Source: Longimicrobiales bacterium (lineage in GTDB: Bacteria > Gemmatimonadota > Gemmatimonadetes > Longimicrobiales > Gaopeijiaceae). From it: a stretch of 64,000 nt of DNA. Below the pieces are notes generated by a model. That model did not search any database. It was not told where the DNA came from and saw only the letters and a program-made list of their open reading frames with translations. Below, one piece after another: positions 30,091-40,803 of the stretch. The translations under genes and the position numbers were made by a program. Location: the NCBI GenBank assembly GCA_965116905.1, contig OZ220732.1, positions 1,312,001 to 1,376,000 on the forward strand. Direction: 5' to 3'. How positions within the stretch are numbered: position 1 is the first letter of the stretch; each line of letters opens with the position of its first letter.

Positions 30091-32616
30091 ATGGCCGAAG
30101 ACGAGCACACTACCGCAGGCGAACGGGTCCTCGAACGAATCCTCGAACAGGAGATGCGCGAGTCGTTCATCGACTACTCGATGAGCGTCAACGTGCAGCG
30201 CGCCCTCCCCGACGTGCGCGACGGCTTGAAGCCGGTGCACCGGCGCATCCTCTACGCCATGTCCGAGCTGGGGCTGTCGCCCGGGCGGGCCTACAAGAAG
30301 TGCGCAACGGTCGTCGGCGAAGTGCTCGGCAAGTACCATCCGCACGGTGACTCGGCGGTCTACGACGCCCTCGTGCGCATGGTCCAGGACTTCTCGCTGC
30401 GGTATCCGCTCGTCGACGGCCAGGGCAACTTCGGCTCCATCGACGGCGACTCGGCCGCGGCGTATCGCTACACCGAGGCGCGCCTCCAGCGGCTCTCCAT
30501 CGAACTGCTGGCGGACATCGACAAGGACACCGTCCGCTTCGACGAGAATTTCGACGGCCGTCTCAAGGAGCCGTCGGTCCTGCCGTCGAAGGCGCCCAAC
30601 CTGCTGATCAACGGAGCGTCGGGGATCGCCGTGGGGATGGCGACGAACATTCCCCCGCACAACCTGCGCGAGGTGGTCGCCGGCCTTCTCGCGCTGATCG
30701 ACGACCCGTCGCTGCCACAGGACCAGCTGGAAGAGATCATCCGGGGACCCGACTTCCCCACCGGCGGCCTCATCTGCGGCACCGAGGGCATCCAGGAAGC
30801 GTATCGCACGGGGCGGGGCCGGGTCGTCATCCGTGCCAGGGCCGATATCGAGGAGGACGACGACGGGCCCTCTCGGATCATCGTCACCGAGATCCCGTTC
30901 ATGGTGAACAAGGCGCGCCTGATCGAACAGATCGCGGCGCTGGTGCGCGACAAGAAGCTCACGTCCATCCGCGACCTCCGGGACGAGTCCGACCGCGACG
31001 GCCTCCGCGTCGTCATCGAACTGAAGCGGGACGCGGTGCCCCAGGTCGTACTCAACCGGCTGTACAAGCACACGCCAATGCAGTCGACCTTCGGCGTGAT
31101 CTTCCTCGCACTGGTGGACGGTGTGCCGAAGGTCATGCCGTTGCGCGAAATGCTCGTGCACTTCATCGACCACCGCCACAACGTCGTGGTCCGGCGGAGC
31201 CGGTTCGACCTGGCCGCCGCGAGGGAGCGCGAGCACATCCTCGAGGGACTGAGGCTGGCGGTCGACAACATCGACGAGGTCGTGACGATCATCCGCGGGT
31301 CGCGCGACGCGGCCGAGGCGTCGGTGGGGCTGCGGCGGGCATCGCGGTCGTGGCGCAAGCTGGTGCTCCCGGGCGAGCCGGTCGAGGATCTGCCCGAGGT
31401 TCCCGACGGCGAGCCGTACGAGCTGTCGGAGCGTCAGGCGCGGGCCATCCTGGACATGCGGCTGGCCCGTCTGACCGGGCTCGAGATGGAGAAGCTCGAC
31501 GACGAGCTGCTGGGCGTCAGGGCGCGCATCGCGGAGCTGGAACACATTCTCGGCGACCGCGGGGTGCGGATGGGCATCATCAAGGACGAGCTCAGGGACA
31601 TCGCCGCCCGCTACGGCGACGACCGGCGTTCGGCGATCCGGGGCAGCGTGTCCTCCTTCGACGTCGAGGACCTGATCGCGGACGAGGAAGTCGTGATCAC
31701 CATGTCCCGCCAGGGCTACGTCAAGCGGATCCCCATCGACACCTACCGTGCGCAGCGCCGGGGCGGACGGGGCCTCCGGGGGATGAATACCAAGGCGGAG
31801 GACTGGGTCGAGCACCTCTTCGTGGCGTCGACCCACGACTACCTGATGGCCTTCACGGACCAGGGCAGGTGCCACTGGGTGAAGGTGTGGGGAATCCCTC
31901 ACGGAGGCCGCTACGCGAAGGGCAAGCCGATCGTCAACTTCCTGCACCTGGCCCCGGGCGAGAAGGTGGCGTCGGTTCTGCCGGTTCGCGAGTTCAGCGG
32001 CGACCGGTTCCTGCTCTTCTGCACCAAGAACGGGGTCGTCAAGAAGACGCCGCTGTCGGCGTACGGCAACGTGCGCGCGGTGGGCATCTACGCGATCAAG
32101 TTCCGCGAAGGCGACGAGCTCATCGACGTGCGCATCACCGACGGGACCAACCAGGTGGTGCTGGCGACGCGTCTGGGCAAGGCCATCCGCTTCAGCGAGT
32201 CCGACGTGCGCTCGATGGGGCGCAACACGGAAGGGGTGATGGGGATCCGGCTGGGCAAGGACGACGAGGTCGTGGGAATGGTGGTGGTGCGCCGTCCGGA
32301 CGAGACGCTGCTGACGGCGACCGAGCACGGCATGGGGAAGCGGAGCGAGATCGGGAACTATCGGTTCCAGGGCCGCGGCGGGATGGGTGTCATCAACCTG
32401 AAAGTGTCCGGGAAGTCGGGACCGGTGGTCGCGGTCAGGGCCGTGACGGACGATGACCAGCTCATGGTGATCACCCGTAACGGGGTCGTGAACCGCCAGC
32501 CGGTCTCCGACATGCGCGTGATCGGGAGATTGGCCCAGGGGGTGCGGCTGGTCAACCTGGATGAGGGCGATTCAGTGGTCGATGTCGGACGCGTCGTGGG
32601 CGATGAAGAGGACTGA
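30091..32616 (+). CDS. gyrA: DNA gyrase subunit A
   Basis: [35 protein letters not shown] catalytic Tyr, GyrA-box QRRGGRG, beta-pinwheel repeats. Confidence 0.97.
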   Translation: MAEDEHTTAGERVLERILEQEMRESFIDYSMSVNVQRALPDVRDGLKPVHRRILYAMSELGLSPGRAYKKCATVVGEVLGKYHPHGDSAVYDALVRMVQDFSLRYPLVDGQGNFGSIDGDSAAAYRYTEARLQRLSIELLADIDKDTVRFDENFDGRLKEPSVLPSKAPNLLINGASGIAVGMATNIPPHNLREVVAGLLALIDDPSLPQDQLEEIIRGPDFPTGGLICGTEGIQEAYRTGRGRVVIRARADIEEDDDGPSRIIVTEIPFMVNKARLIEQIAALVRDKKLTSIRDLRDESDRDGLRVVIELKRDAVPQVVLNRLYKHTPMQSTFGVIFLALVDGVPKVMPLREMLVHFIDHRHNVVVRRSRFDLAAAREREHILEGLRLAVDNIDEVVTIIRGSRDAAEASVGLRRASRSWRKLVLPGEPVEDLPEVPDGEPYELSERQARAILDMRLARLTGLEMEKLDDELLGVRARIAELEHILGDRGVRMGIIKDELRDIAARYGDDRRSAIRGSVSSFDVEDLIADEEVVITMSRQGYVKRIPIDTYRAQRRGGRGLRGMNTKAEDWVEHLFVASTHDYLMAFTDQGRCHWVKVWGIPHGGRYAKGKPIVNFLHLAPGEKVASVLPVREFSGDRFLLFCTKNGVVKKTPLSAYGNVRAVGIYAIKFREGDELIDVRITDGTNQVVLATRLGKAIRFSESDVRSMGRNTEGVMGIRLGKDDEVVGMVVVRRPDETLLTATEHGMGKRSEIGNYRFQGRGGMGVINLKVSGKSGPVVAVRAVTDDDQLMVITRNGVVNRQPVSDMRVIGRLAQGVRLVNLDEGDSVVDVGRVVGDEED

Positions 32617-33625
32617 CGCGCCTTCGATCCGGGACACCGCCGCCGACCTCGTCTCGCTGGCCGAGATCCGGGCCGCGGCCGCGCGTATCCGCGGCACGGT
32701 CGTCCGCACGCCGCTGATCCCGGACGCCGACCTTTCGCGCGTGGTGGGCGGCGAGGTTCGTCTCAAGTGCGAGTCCCTGCAGAAGGCCGGCGCCTTCAAG
32801 GCGCGGGGCGCCTGCAACTTTTTGGCGCGGCTGCCCGAGGAAGAGCTGGCCCGCGGCGTCATCACCTACTCCTCGGGCAACCACGCCCAGGCGGTCGCGT
32901 TCGCGGCCGGACTCCGGGGCGTCCGCGCCGTGGTGGTCATGCCGACGACGGCGCCGCAGGTCAAGAGCGACGGGGCCCGCAGCCTGGGCGCCCGCGTCGA
33001 GTTCGCGGGCACGACGTCCGAGCATCGCAGGGTGCGCGCCGAGGAGATCGCGGCCGAAGAGGGCCTGGTCATGGTGCCGCCCTTCGATCACTCCTGGATC
33101 ATCGCGGGACAGGGAACCGTCGCGCTGGAAGTCCACGAGGACTGGCCCGAGGTCGACACGCTGCTGGTGCCGATCGGAGGAGGAGGACAGATGGCGGGCT
33201 GCGCGGCTGCGCTCCGGCGCCTGAACCCGGACGCGGCCGTGATCGGCGTCGAGCCCGCGGGAGCGCCCACCATGCGGCGGGCGCTCGACGCGGGGCAGCC
33301 GTCCACGCTGGAGCGCATCGACACGATCGCAGATGGTCTCGCACCCACCCGGGCCGGCGACCTGACCTTCGCCCACGCGGCCGCTCTCCTGGACGACGTG
33401 GTGCTCGTCGAGGACGACGACATCCGGCGCGCGGCCGCCCACCTCATCACGCTGCGCAAGCTCGTGGTCGAGTACTCGGGCGCCGCCACGGTCGCCGCGC
33501 TCCTGTCCGGCCGCGTCGATGCGACGGGACGCAAGGTCTGCGCGGTCCTCTCCGGGGGCAATCTCGACACCTCCCTGCTGGGCGAGATCCTGGACGTGGA
33601 CGTGGACGTGGACCCCGCGGCCTAG
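32603..33625 (+). CDS. Threonine/serine dehydratase (or serine racemase-like), PLP fold II
   Basis: [40 protein letters not shown]. Confidence 0.9.
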   Translation: MKRTDAPSIRDTAADLVSLAEIRAAAARIRGTVVRTPLIPDADLSRVVGGEVRLKCESLQKAGAFKARGACNFLARLPEEELARGVITYSSGNHAQAVAFAAGLRGVRAVVVMPTTAPQVKSDGARSLGARVEFAGTTSEHRRVRAEEIAAEEGLVMVPPFDHSWIIAGQGTVALEVHEDWPEVDTLLVPIGGGGQMAGCAAALRRLNPDAAVIGVEPAGAPTMRRALDAGQPSTLERIDTIADGLAPTRAGDLTFAHAAALLDDVVLVEDDDIRRAAAHLITLRKLVVEYSGAATVAALLSGRVDATGRKVCAVLSGGNLDTSLLGEILDVDVDVDPAA

Positions 33626-33702
33626 CAGCCCGTGGACAAAATCCCCCCGGCATTCGAACGTCGATGCATCCGGGCCGGACGCTCGGCCTCACCTCATCAA
33701 AC

Positions 33703-33743
33703 TGTAAATCAAAATTTACACGATGTCATGTTTACCTTACATA
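33703..33743 (+). promoter_or_regulatory. Palindrome TGTAAAT-N4-ATTTACA overlapping a putative promoter (TTTACA-N17-TACATA)
   Basis: Perfect 7-bp inverted repeat in an AT-rich intergenic island. Confidence 0.55.
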
Positions 33744-33926
33744 TTCGGTTGTCGGGGCCGCACTCTTCGTTGCTCCTCGGGCCCGTAGCGCTGCTACTGG
33801 CCCTTCGTCGCGCCTTGCCGGCCCGGCGCCTCGCCGCTCTCGGTGCTCGGGCGGCTTCATCCGCGGACTAGTCCGCACGGCCTGGCCGCCCGTGGACGCA
33901 ATCCCCTCGGCAATCGAGCGGCGCTG

Positions 33927-34607
33927 GTGCTGATCCTCTTCGACATCGACGGCACCCTCACGACCGGCGGCCCCGCCCGGTCGGCGTTTCAACTCGCGCT
34001 GGAAGAGACCTACGGGACGGCCGGGCCCATCGCCACCCACGACTTCTCGGGCAAGACCGACCCCCGCATCACGCGGGAACTCCTGACCGCCGCCGGCTGC
34101 CGCCCCCGCGACATCGAGGCCGGGCTGCCGCGCTTCTGGACGCGCTACCTGTCCGAACTGGAGGCGCGGATCGACGGACATCCCGTGACCGTGCTGCCCG
34201 GGGTCCACGAGCTGCTCACCGCACTCGCAGCGCGCGACGACGTGCATCTCGGCCTCGTTACCGGCAACGTGGCGGGCGGCGCCCGGCTGAAGCTGCTTTC
34301 CGCGCGGCTCTGGCATCACTTCCCGGTCGGCGGTTTCGGTTCCGACAACGAGGTGCGCAACGAGCTGCCCCGCGTCGCGCTTGACCGGGCATCGGCGCAC
34401 TGGGGCCGGGCGTTCCGGGGAACCGATGCCGTGATTGTCGGCGACACCCCCCGCGACGTGGCGTGCGGGAAGGCGGTCGGCGCGGCCACCGTGGCGGTCG
34501 CGACGGGCCGGTTCTCGCGCGCCCAGCTGCTCGACACGGCCGCGGACCGCGTCCTGTCCGACCTGGCGGACACCGCGGCGGCCATCGAAGCACTGACCGG
34601 CCTCTAG
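33927..34607 (+). CDS. HAD-family hydrolase/phosphatase
   Basis: LFDIDGTL motif I, LVTGN motif II, VIVGDTPRD motif IV. Confidence 0.9.
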   Translation: MLILFDIDGTLTTGGPARSAFQLALEETYGTAGPIATHDFSGKTDPRITRELLTAAGCRPRDIEAGLPRFWTRYLSELEARIDGHPVTVLPGVHELLTALAARDDVHLGLVTGNVAGGARLKLLSARLWHHFPVGGFGSDNEVRNELPRVALDRASAHWGRAFRGTDAVIVGDTPRDVACGKAVGAATVAVATGRFSRAQLLDTAADRVLSDLADTAAAIEALTGL

Positions 34608-34691
34608 CAGCCTTTCGTCGCGGCCGCCCCTGCGGGCGCGCCACGGCGATGTCGACATCCTCACCGGGCCCGCGGCACCCATCTTCGCCCC

Positions 34692-34767
34692 GTTACCCGC
34701 GCGTTACACGGCCAATCCTGAAGCGTTACACGCCCAATCCTGACGCGTTACACGCCCTCCCTACCTT
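34692..34767 (+). promoter_or_regulatory. Pho-box/OmpR-family-like phased GTTAC direct repeats plus a -10 box (TACCTT)
   Basis: GTTAC at 34692, 34703, 34725, 34747 (spacing 11/22/22); last one ends 10 bp before TACCTT. Confidence 0.55.
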
Positions 34768-34884
34768 CCGTTCGACAACCGGACGGAGCCCTGTGCTCCC
34801 GTGCACATCGGCAACCGCAAGGACCGCCTTGGACAACCTTGAACTCCGCTAGCCAGCGTCGCTCAACCCTCTCACGGAGATACG

Positions 34885-37698
34885 ATGTTTCGAAGCACAA
34901 TCACCATCCTCGCGTGTCTTTCGGCACCGGTCGGGCTGGCCGCCCAGGGGCCCGTCAACGGGGAATACGGCCGCATCGTCGGCCACGTCTTCAGCACACA
35001 GACCGGCGACGTGGTGCCGAGCGTCCGGGTCTTCATCGCCGGCACCGCGATCGGCACGCTCACCTCTCCCGACGGACGCTTCGTTCTCAGGAACGTGCCG
35101 GTCGGCACCCACAGCGTACAGGTCGAGATGATCGGATACGGCTCGAAGATCGTATCGGACGTGGCGGTTACCAACGGTGGTGATCCGGTCGTGCTGGACA
35201 TCACGATCGATCCGCAGGCGATCGAACTGGAGGGACTGACCATCTCGGCCGAGGTCGAGCGCGGGAACACCGCAGCCCTCCTCGGCGCGCGCCGCCGGGC
35301 CGCGGTGGTGGTGGACGCCATCGGCCAGGACCAGATTTCGCGCTCCCCGGACGGGGACGCGGGGGCTGTGCTGAAGCGCGTGCCCGGTGTCTCGCTGGTG
35401 GACGGCAAATACGCCTTCGTACGAGGTCTGGGCGAGCGCTACAGCGCCACCACGCTGAACGGCACCCGGCTCGCATCGCCGGTTCCCGACAAGAAGGTCA
35501 TCCCGCTCGACGTGATTCCTTCGGGGATGCTCGAGAGCATCGTCACGGCCAAGACCTATTCCCCCGACCAGCCCGGCGACTACTCGGGGGGTCTGGTGCA
35601 GATGCGCACCAGGGACTTCCCTGCATCGCGCATCTTCTCGATCAGCTCGAGCAGCGGCTGGAACTCGGTGACCACTTTCAAGGACGGCCTGGGGTATGCC
35701 GGCGGATCGCTGGACTTTCTGGGCCTGGACGACGGAACCCGGGGCTTGCCGTCGGCCATCCCCCCGGACGCCGCCGTCCGGTACTCCCGAAACGGCCTGA
35801 GCCGTAACGACCTCGCGACCATCGGCCGGAGCTTCGGCGGTGACTGGGGACCGACGCCGGTGACGCTGTCGCCCGACCACAGCTTCAGCGCATCCCTGGG
35901 CGACGAATTCGATCTGTTCGGCCGTTCGTTCGGCTTCCTCGCCTCGGTGTCCCAGTCGCGCAGCTATTCGCAGCAGGCCGACCTGGTTGAACGTGTCTTC
36001 GCGACGGGCGGAGGCGCCGACGAACCCGAGGTGGACTACGCCGGCGACCTCACCACGGCATCCGCCTCCATCGGCGGGCTGATGAACCTGTCCTACGAGC
36101 TGGCGCCGGCTCACAAGATCAGTGCCAACCTGGTGTACAACCGTCTCGCCGACGACGAGGCGAGGTCGCTCGAGGGCTACAACCTCGACTCCGGCACCGA
36201 CCAGCTCAACACGCGCCTCCGCTACGTTTCCCAGTCGCTCGCCAACGCCCAGCTGGAGGGCACGCACGTGCTTCGGGGCCTGGGCGGGTCGTCGTTCAGG
36301 TGGCGCAGTACCTACACGCGAGCAGAGCGCTACGAGCCCAACACCCGCGAGGTGCTCTATCGCGCCTCCGGCGGCACCTTCATCTACGACGACTTCATCC
36401 AGAGCGGCAGCGTCTTCCACCAGGACATGATGGAAGACGGGCTGAGCGGAGGGGCGGACATGGAGGTGCCCTTCCAACTACGCTCGCTGCCCGCCTCCAT
36501 CCGCTTCGGGGTGAGCAGCGACCGCCGCCAGCGCGACAACTTCTCCCGCCGCTTCCGCTTCCGTCCGCGGCGCGGCGGGGACATCAACAGCAGCGTGCTG
36601 GCGCTTCCGCCGAACGAGTTGCTTGCCCCGCGGTACATCTCCCCGACCGGGTTCGAGATCCAGGAGGCGACCTTCCGCGCCGACAACTACGACGCGGAGG
36701 AAATCGTAGACGCCGGTTATCTGATTATGGACGCGGAGATTCTTCCCCGCGTGAGGCTCGTGGGCGGGGCGCGCGTTGAGCGGACACGGCAGGCCGTGGC
36801 GCCGGTGGATCTCTTTCCGGTGCCGGGACTGGAGCCGCTGGTGGGCGCGGACGTCAACGAGACCCAGTGGCTTCCCGCGCTGAACCTCACCTACGCGGTG
36901 AGCGCCGCCACCAACATCCGGGCGAGCGTTTCCCAGACGCTGGCGCGGCCCCAACTGCGCGAGCTGGCGCCGTTTTCCTTCGCCGACTACGCGGGCGGAT
37001 ACCTGGTGGTCGGCAATCCGGAGCTCACCGTCTCGCGCATCCGCAACTTCGATTTGCGCTGGGAGTGGTTCTTCCGACCCGGCGCGCTGATCGCGGTCAG
37101 CGGGTTCTACAAGCAGTTCCACAATCCCATCGAGGCGCTCACCTTCCCTTCCACCGAGCTGATTCGCAGCTGGGTGAACGCGCCCGAGGCCAACAACTAC
37201 GGGACCGAGATCGAGCTCCGCACCGGTTTGGCCTTCCTGTCCGAGTCGCTGGAGAACCTGTCGCTCAACACCAACCTGACGCTGGTGAACTCGACGGTCG
37301 CGACCGGCGGAACCGCGCGCATCTACCTCCAGGGCTCCGGGGCGACCGATCTCGCCGTCGTGGATCGTGAGCGCGGGCTGCAGGGACAGTCGCCCTACAT
37401 GGTCAACTTCAGCTTCGCCTACGCGTCGAGGTCCGCAGACACCCGCGCCTCGATCTTCTACAATCGCTTCGGCCGTCGCATCGACGCCATCGGCGGGCAG
37501 GCCACGCCCGACATCTACGAGGAAGCGCGGGGCACCATGGATGCCGTCCTCGAACAGAGGCTGCCGGGCGATTTCTCGATGAAGCTCTCTCTCACGCGCC
37601 TGTTCGGGAACGTGGTCCGGTTTACGCAGGGCGACGGCACCGTCCGTCAGTACGACGGCGGCCGCCGGGTATCGCTCTCACTGCGTTGGGGAAGCTGA
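34885..37698 (+). CDS. TonB-dependent receptor with N-terminal carboxypeptidase-regulatory-like domain
   Basis: Signal peptide, LKRVPGVS, VRGLGERY, LDVIPS, KTYSPDQPG, ARPQLRELAPF, GNPEL, LQGQSPY. Confidence 0.9.
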   Translation: MFRSTITILACLSAPVGLAAQGPVNGEYGRIVGHVFSTQTGDVVPSVRVFIAGTAIGTLTSPDGRFVLRNVPVGTHSVQVEMIGYGSKIVSDVAVTNGGDPVVLDITIDPQAIELEGLTISAEVERGNTAALLGARRRAAVVVDAIGQDQISRSPDGDAGAVLKRVPGVSLVDGKYAFVRGLGERYSATTLNGTRLASPVPDKKVIPLDVIPSGMLESIVTAKTYSPDQPGDYSGGLVQMRTRDFPASRIFSISSSSGWNSVTTFKDGLGYAGGSLDFLGLDDGTRGLPSAIPPDAAVRYSRNGLSRNDLATIGRSFGGDWGPTPVTLSPDHSFSASLGDEFDLFGRSFGFLASVSQSRSYSQQADLVERVFATGGGADEPEVDYAGDLTTASASIGGLMNLSYELAPAHKISANLVYNRLADDEARSLEGYNLDSGTDQLNTRLRYVSQSLANAQLEGTHVLRGLGGSSFRWRSTYTRAERYEPNTREVLYRASGGTFIYDDFIQSGSVFHQDMMEDGLSGGADMEVPFQLRSLPASIRFGVSSDRRQRDNFSRRFRFRPRRGGDINSSVLALPPNELLAPRYISPTGFEIQEATFRADNYDAEEIVDAGYLIMDAEILPRVRLVGGARVERTRQAVAPVDLFPVPGLEPLVGADVNETQWLPALNLTYAVSAATNIRASVSQTLARPQLRELAPFSFADYAGGYLVVGNPELTVSRIRNFDLRWEWFFRPGALIAVSGFYKQFHNPIEALTFPSTELIRSWVNAPEANNYGTEIELRTGLAFLSESLENLSLNTNLTLVNSTVATGGTARIYLQGSGATDLAVVDRERGLQGQSPYMVNFSFAYASRSADTRASIFYNRFGRRIDAIGGQATPDIYEEARGTMDAVLEQRLPGDFSMKLSLTRLFGNVVRFTQGDGTVRQYDGGRRVSLSLRWGS

Positions 37699-37714
37699 GC
37701 GTGGCCATCATCGA

Positions 37715-37800
37715 GAGAAACCCACGGATGTTCAAGAGAAACAGTCGATTCCTACACAGGAGAAACCCACGGATGTCTGAGAAAAACAGTCGATACCTGT
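37715..37800 (+). repeat. 45-bp imperfect duplication of the RBS/start region
   Basis: GAGAAACCCACGGATGT...AAACAGTCGAT twice, giving in-frame ATGs at 37728 and 37773. Confidence 0.85.
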
Positions 37801-39434
37801 TCACGGCAATCGCTGCCGGTTCCCTCGTTCTCGCAGGATGTGGCGGCGACGAGCTGTCACCCGTTGCACCGCCGCCGGGCGCGCCCTCTACCCCTGCCAA
37901 CGTGCAGGCCACGCTCGACATGGCGACCCACCACGTGACCGTGACCTGGGGCGCCGCCGCGAATGCGACCACCTATACCGTAGAGAGAAACCTGGTCGGA
38001 AGCGGCGAGGGGTTCGGGGCGCTTCAGTCCGGAATCAGCGGAACCTCGTACGTGGACGAGAATCCACCTTTCGGCACCCTGCAGTACAGGGTCATCGCGG
38101 TCGGCACGGGCGGCTCCTCCGGGGCGAGTGATCCGGCCGAGGTGGTCAACGAACAGATGATGGTGCCCATGGCGACGCTCTCGACCCGGGTTGGCCCCGG
38201 GGAGATCCGCACCCTGTCCGCGGACACGGTCTATACGCTCCAGGGTGTGGTTACCGTCGAGGATGGCGGCGAGCTTCATATTCCGGCCGGCACCCAAATC
38301 CAGGGTTCCACCGAGGTACAGCCCAGCGCGCTGATCGTCCGGGTCGGTGGCAAGCTCTTCTCGGAGGGCACCGAGGATGAGCCGGTCGTTTTCACCAGCT
38401 CGAATCCGCCAGAGGAGAGGAGCAAGGGTGACTGGGGCGGCATCGTGCTGAACGGCCGGTCGCTCTGCAACTTCCCCGCAGGCGAGTGCGTGGGTGAAGG
38501 CAGCTCGGGGCAGTACGGTGGCACCGACCGCAACGACAACTCCGGCACGATCGTGTACACGCGCATCGAGTACGCCGGGTTCGAGGTCAGCTTCGGCAAC
38601 GAGCTCAACGCGCTCACCATGAACGGGGTGGGCGACGGCACGACCATCCACCATGTGCAGACGCACGCGGGATCGGACGACGGGTTCGAGTGGTTCGGGG
38701 GGACCGTCAATACTCACCACCTCCTTGCAACCGACATTTCGGACGACTCGTTCGACTACTCCACCGGCTTCCAGGGCATGGGACAGTTCTGGCTCGCCCA
38801 GCAGGACCCCGATGACGGCGACAACGGCTTCGAGGTGGACGGAAACGAGGACGACTACAACGCCGAGCCGTTCACCGTCCCGCTGCTTGTCAACGTGACC
38901 CTGATCGGCAAGGGCATGAACGGCGAGGGCGGCACCGAAGGTGAGTCCGTCGATGGCTTCAGGCTGCGTCGCGGCACCGGCGGCCACATCGTCAACGCCC
39001 TGGTCATCGGCTTCGGCGGCGACGGGCTCGACATCGACAACGACGAGACCGTTGCCCGGATGCAGGCGGGGCTGTTCAGCATCAGGAACTCGATCATCGC
39101 CCTGAACGCGGACGCTTTCGAGGGCGCCGAGGAAGAGGCGATTTTCAACACCGAGGGTTGGGGCAACCGGGTCGGCGTGGACCCGATGCTTGGCGATCCC
39201 TTCGACCGGGTGGATCCCGACTTCCAGCCGCAGGCGGACTCTCCCGCGCTGGAGGGGGCCGCGAGCCTGGTGGAACTGGCACCCCTCCTCGCGACGCTGC
39301 CCCCTGAGTTGCAGCAGCAGTTCGCGACGGCGGCGACCTTCTTCGACCTAACCGCCGACTACGTCGGTGCGGTCGGTCCCGACCACGACTGGACCCAGGA
39401 GCCGTGGACCCGCTTCGGCGCCGATGAAAGCTGA
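37773..39434 (+). CDS. Acidic lipoprotein with FN3-like and beta-helix-like domains (TonB receptor partner)
   Basis: AGGAG RBS, lipobox LAGC, GDWGGIVLNG, DNSG, NELNALT, DDGFEWFGGTVN. Confidence 0.75.
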   Translation: MSEKNSRYLFTAIAAGSLVLAGCGGDELSPVAPPPGAPSTPANVQATLDMATHHVTVTWGAAANATTYTVERNLVGSGEGFGALQSGISGTSYVDENPPFGTLQYRVIAVGTGGSSGASDPAEVVNEQMMVPMATLSTRVGPGEIRTLSADTVYTLQGVVTVEDGGELHIPAGTQIQGSTEVQPSALIVRVGGKLFSEGTEDEPVVFTSSNPPEERSKGDWGGIVLNGRSLCNFPAGECVGEGSSGQYGGTDRNDNSGTIVYTRIEYAGFEVSFGNELNALTMNGVGDGTTIHHVQTHAGSDDGFEWFGGTVNTHHLLATDISDDSFDYSTGFQGMGQFWLAQQDPDDGDNGFEVDGNEDDYNAEPFTVPLLVNVTLIGKGMNGEGGTEGESVDGFRLRRGTGGHIVNALVIGFGGDGLDIDNDETVARMQAGLFSIRNSIIALNADAFEGAEEEAIFNTEGWGNRVGVDPMLGDPFDRVDPDFQPQADSPALEGAASLVELAPLLATLPPELQQQFATAATFFDLTADYVGAVGPDHDWTQEPWTRFGADES

Positions 39435-40131
39435 GGCTCCTCGCTCCAATCTGGTTCCCGCGTGCCTGCTCGCCTGTCTGCTCGGAACCGGCTGCGACAG
39501 GCCCCAGCCGCTCGGCGAAGCTGCGTTTCCGGGATCCTCGCTTTCCGTGGAGGCGCTTGCTCGCGATGCGCTGCGCGGCCTGGCCGCGTCGGACGCCATG
39601 CTGCTCAATCGGCTCCGCCTCACGGAAACCGAGCACAACGAAGTCGTATGGCCCGAGCTTCCCGCGTCGGCACCGGAGATCGGCTTCCCCGTGGATTTCG
39701 CCTGGAGAAACATCCAGTTGCGCAACGAGTCGGCGCTGGAGCGCGTGGCTGGCTGGTATCGATCGAACCCGGTGCGCTACCAGGTGGCGGAGTGCAGGAG
39801 CGAAACCCGGGCATTCACGACCTTCCGGGTCCACACCGATTGCTGGGTCCTCTTCCTCACAGGCCGGGGAGAGCTTCTGGAAGTTCAGCTCTTCAAGGAT
39901 GTGCTGGAGCGCGACGGCGGGTACAAGATCTTCCGCTACTACGACGAGCTTCCGAGGCGCGCCCGACGTGCGGGCGATGAACCCGGCAACCGGGAAGGCT
40001 CCGGTGCTGCCCCGCCGGGTGCCAGTATTGTCCCGGTACCCCCGTCTGCCCATCTTGCTATGTTTCCGCCCGCGCATCCGCGGCATCTGGAGGACTGCGG
40101 ACATCTCAAGATCTGGAGCGCATCGACATGA
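39424..40131 (+). CDS. Hypothetical lipoprotein
   Basis: Lipobox-like GTGC; overlaps both neighbours as in an operon; low-complexity tail. Confidence 0.55.
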   Translation: MKAEAPRSNLVPACLLACLLGTGCDRPQPLGEAAFPGSSLSVEALARDALRGLAASDAMLLNRLRLTETEHNEVVWPELPASAPEIGFPVDFAWRNIQLRNESALERVAGWYRSNPVRYQVAECRSETRAFTTFRVHTDCWVLFLTGRGELLEVQLFKDVLERDGGYKIFRYYDELPRRARRAGDEPGNREGSGAAPPGASIVPVPPSAHLAMFPPAHPRHLEDCGHLKIWSAST

Positions 40132-40802
40132 AGAATTTTTACATCATCCTCGGGGTCGTGGCGGTCGGCGGGATCGCGACGATCGCCCTGGTGCTCAGGG
40201 GCGGCGGCTCTGCGGCAACCGAGCCCGTCGACCTGGGCGAACTGGCGGACGCGGAGTTGCTGGAGCTGGCGCAGGGCATGGTCGCCGGCGACCCGAACGC
40301 GCCCGTCACGATCATGGAGTTCGGCAACTACCAGTGCAATTCCTGCCGGCAGTTCGCGCTGCTGGTCAAGCCGCAGGTGGACATGGCCTACGTCGAAACC
40401 GGCCAGGCCAAGTTCGTGTACTACGACTACCCGTCAGCCCAATTCCCGCACTCGTTCCTGGCGGCCCGGGCCGCCCGCTGCGCCGGTGACCAGGACCGCT
40501 ACTTCGACTATCACGACGCGGTGTACCGAACGTTCGACGACTGGGCCCTGCAGCGCAGCATCGGCGACCACTTCGAGGACCTGGCCGACGACATCGGTCT
40601 CGACACCGGCGCCTTCGAGGAGTGCCTGAACAGCGACCGCTTCGCCGATGTCGTCACCGCCAACATCACCCTGGGCCAGAGGCTGGGCGTACCCGGCACG
40701 CCGGGGATCTTCGTCCACCACGGCACGGGTTCGGCCCAACGGCTGGGCGGCTTCCAGTTCATCGACATCCAGCAGGCCATGGAAGCGGGCCCGGGGAACT
40801 GA
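40128..40802 (+). CDS. DsbA-family thioredoxin-fold protein
   Basis: N-terminal TM, GDPNAPVTIMEFGNYQCNSC, GVPGTP cis-Pro loop. Confidence 0.9.
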   Translation: MKNFYIILGVVAVGGIATIALVLRGGGSAATEPVDLGELADAELLELAQGMVAGDPNAPVTIMEFGNYQCNSCRQFALLVKPQVDMAYVETGQAKFVYYDYPSAQFPHSFLAARAARCAGDQDRYFDYHDAVYRTFDDWALQRSIGDHFEDLADDIGLDTGAFEECLNSDRFADVVTANITLGQRLGVPGTPGIFVHHGTGSAQRLGGFQFIDIQQAMEAGPGN

Positions 40803-40803
40803 C

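Noticed and set aside
31330..31425. GyrA insertion as an intein
   Set aside because: Far too short and lacks the C/S...HN splicing motifs.
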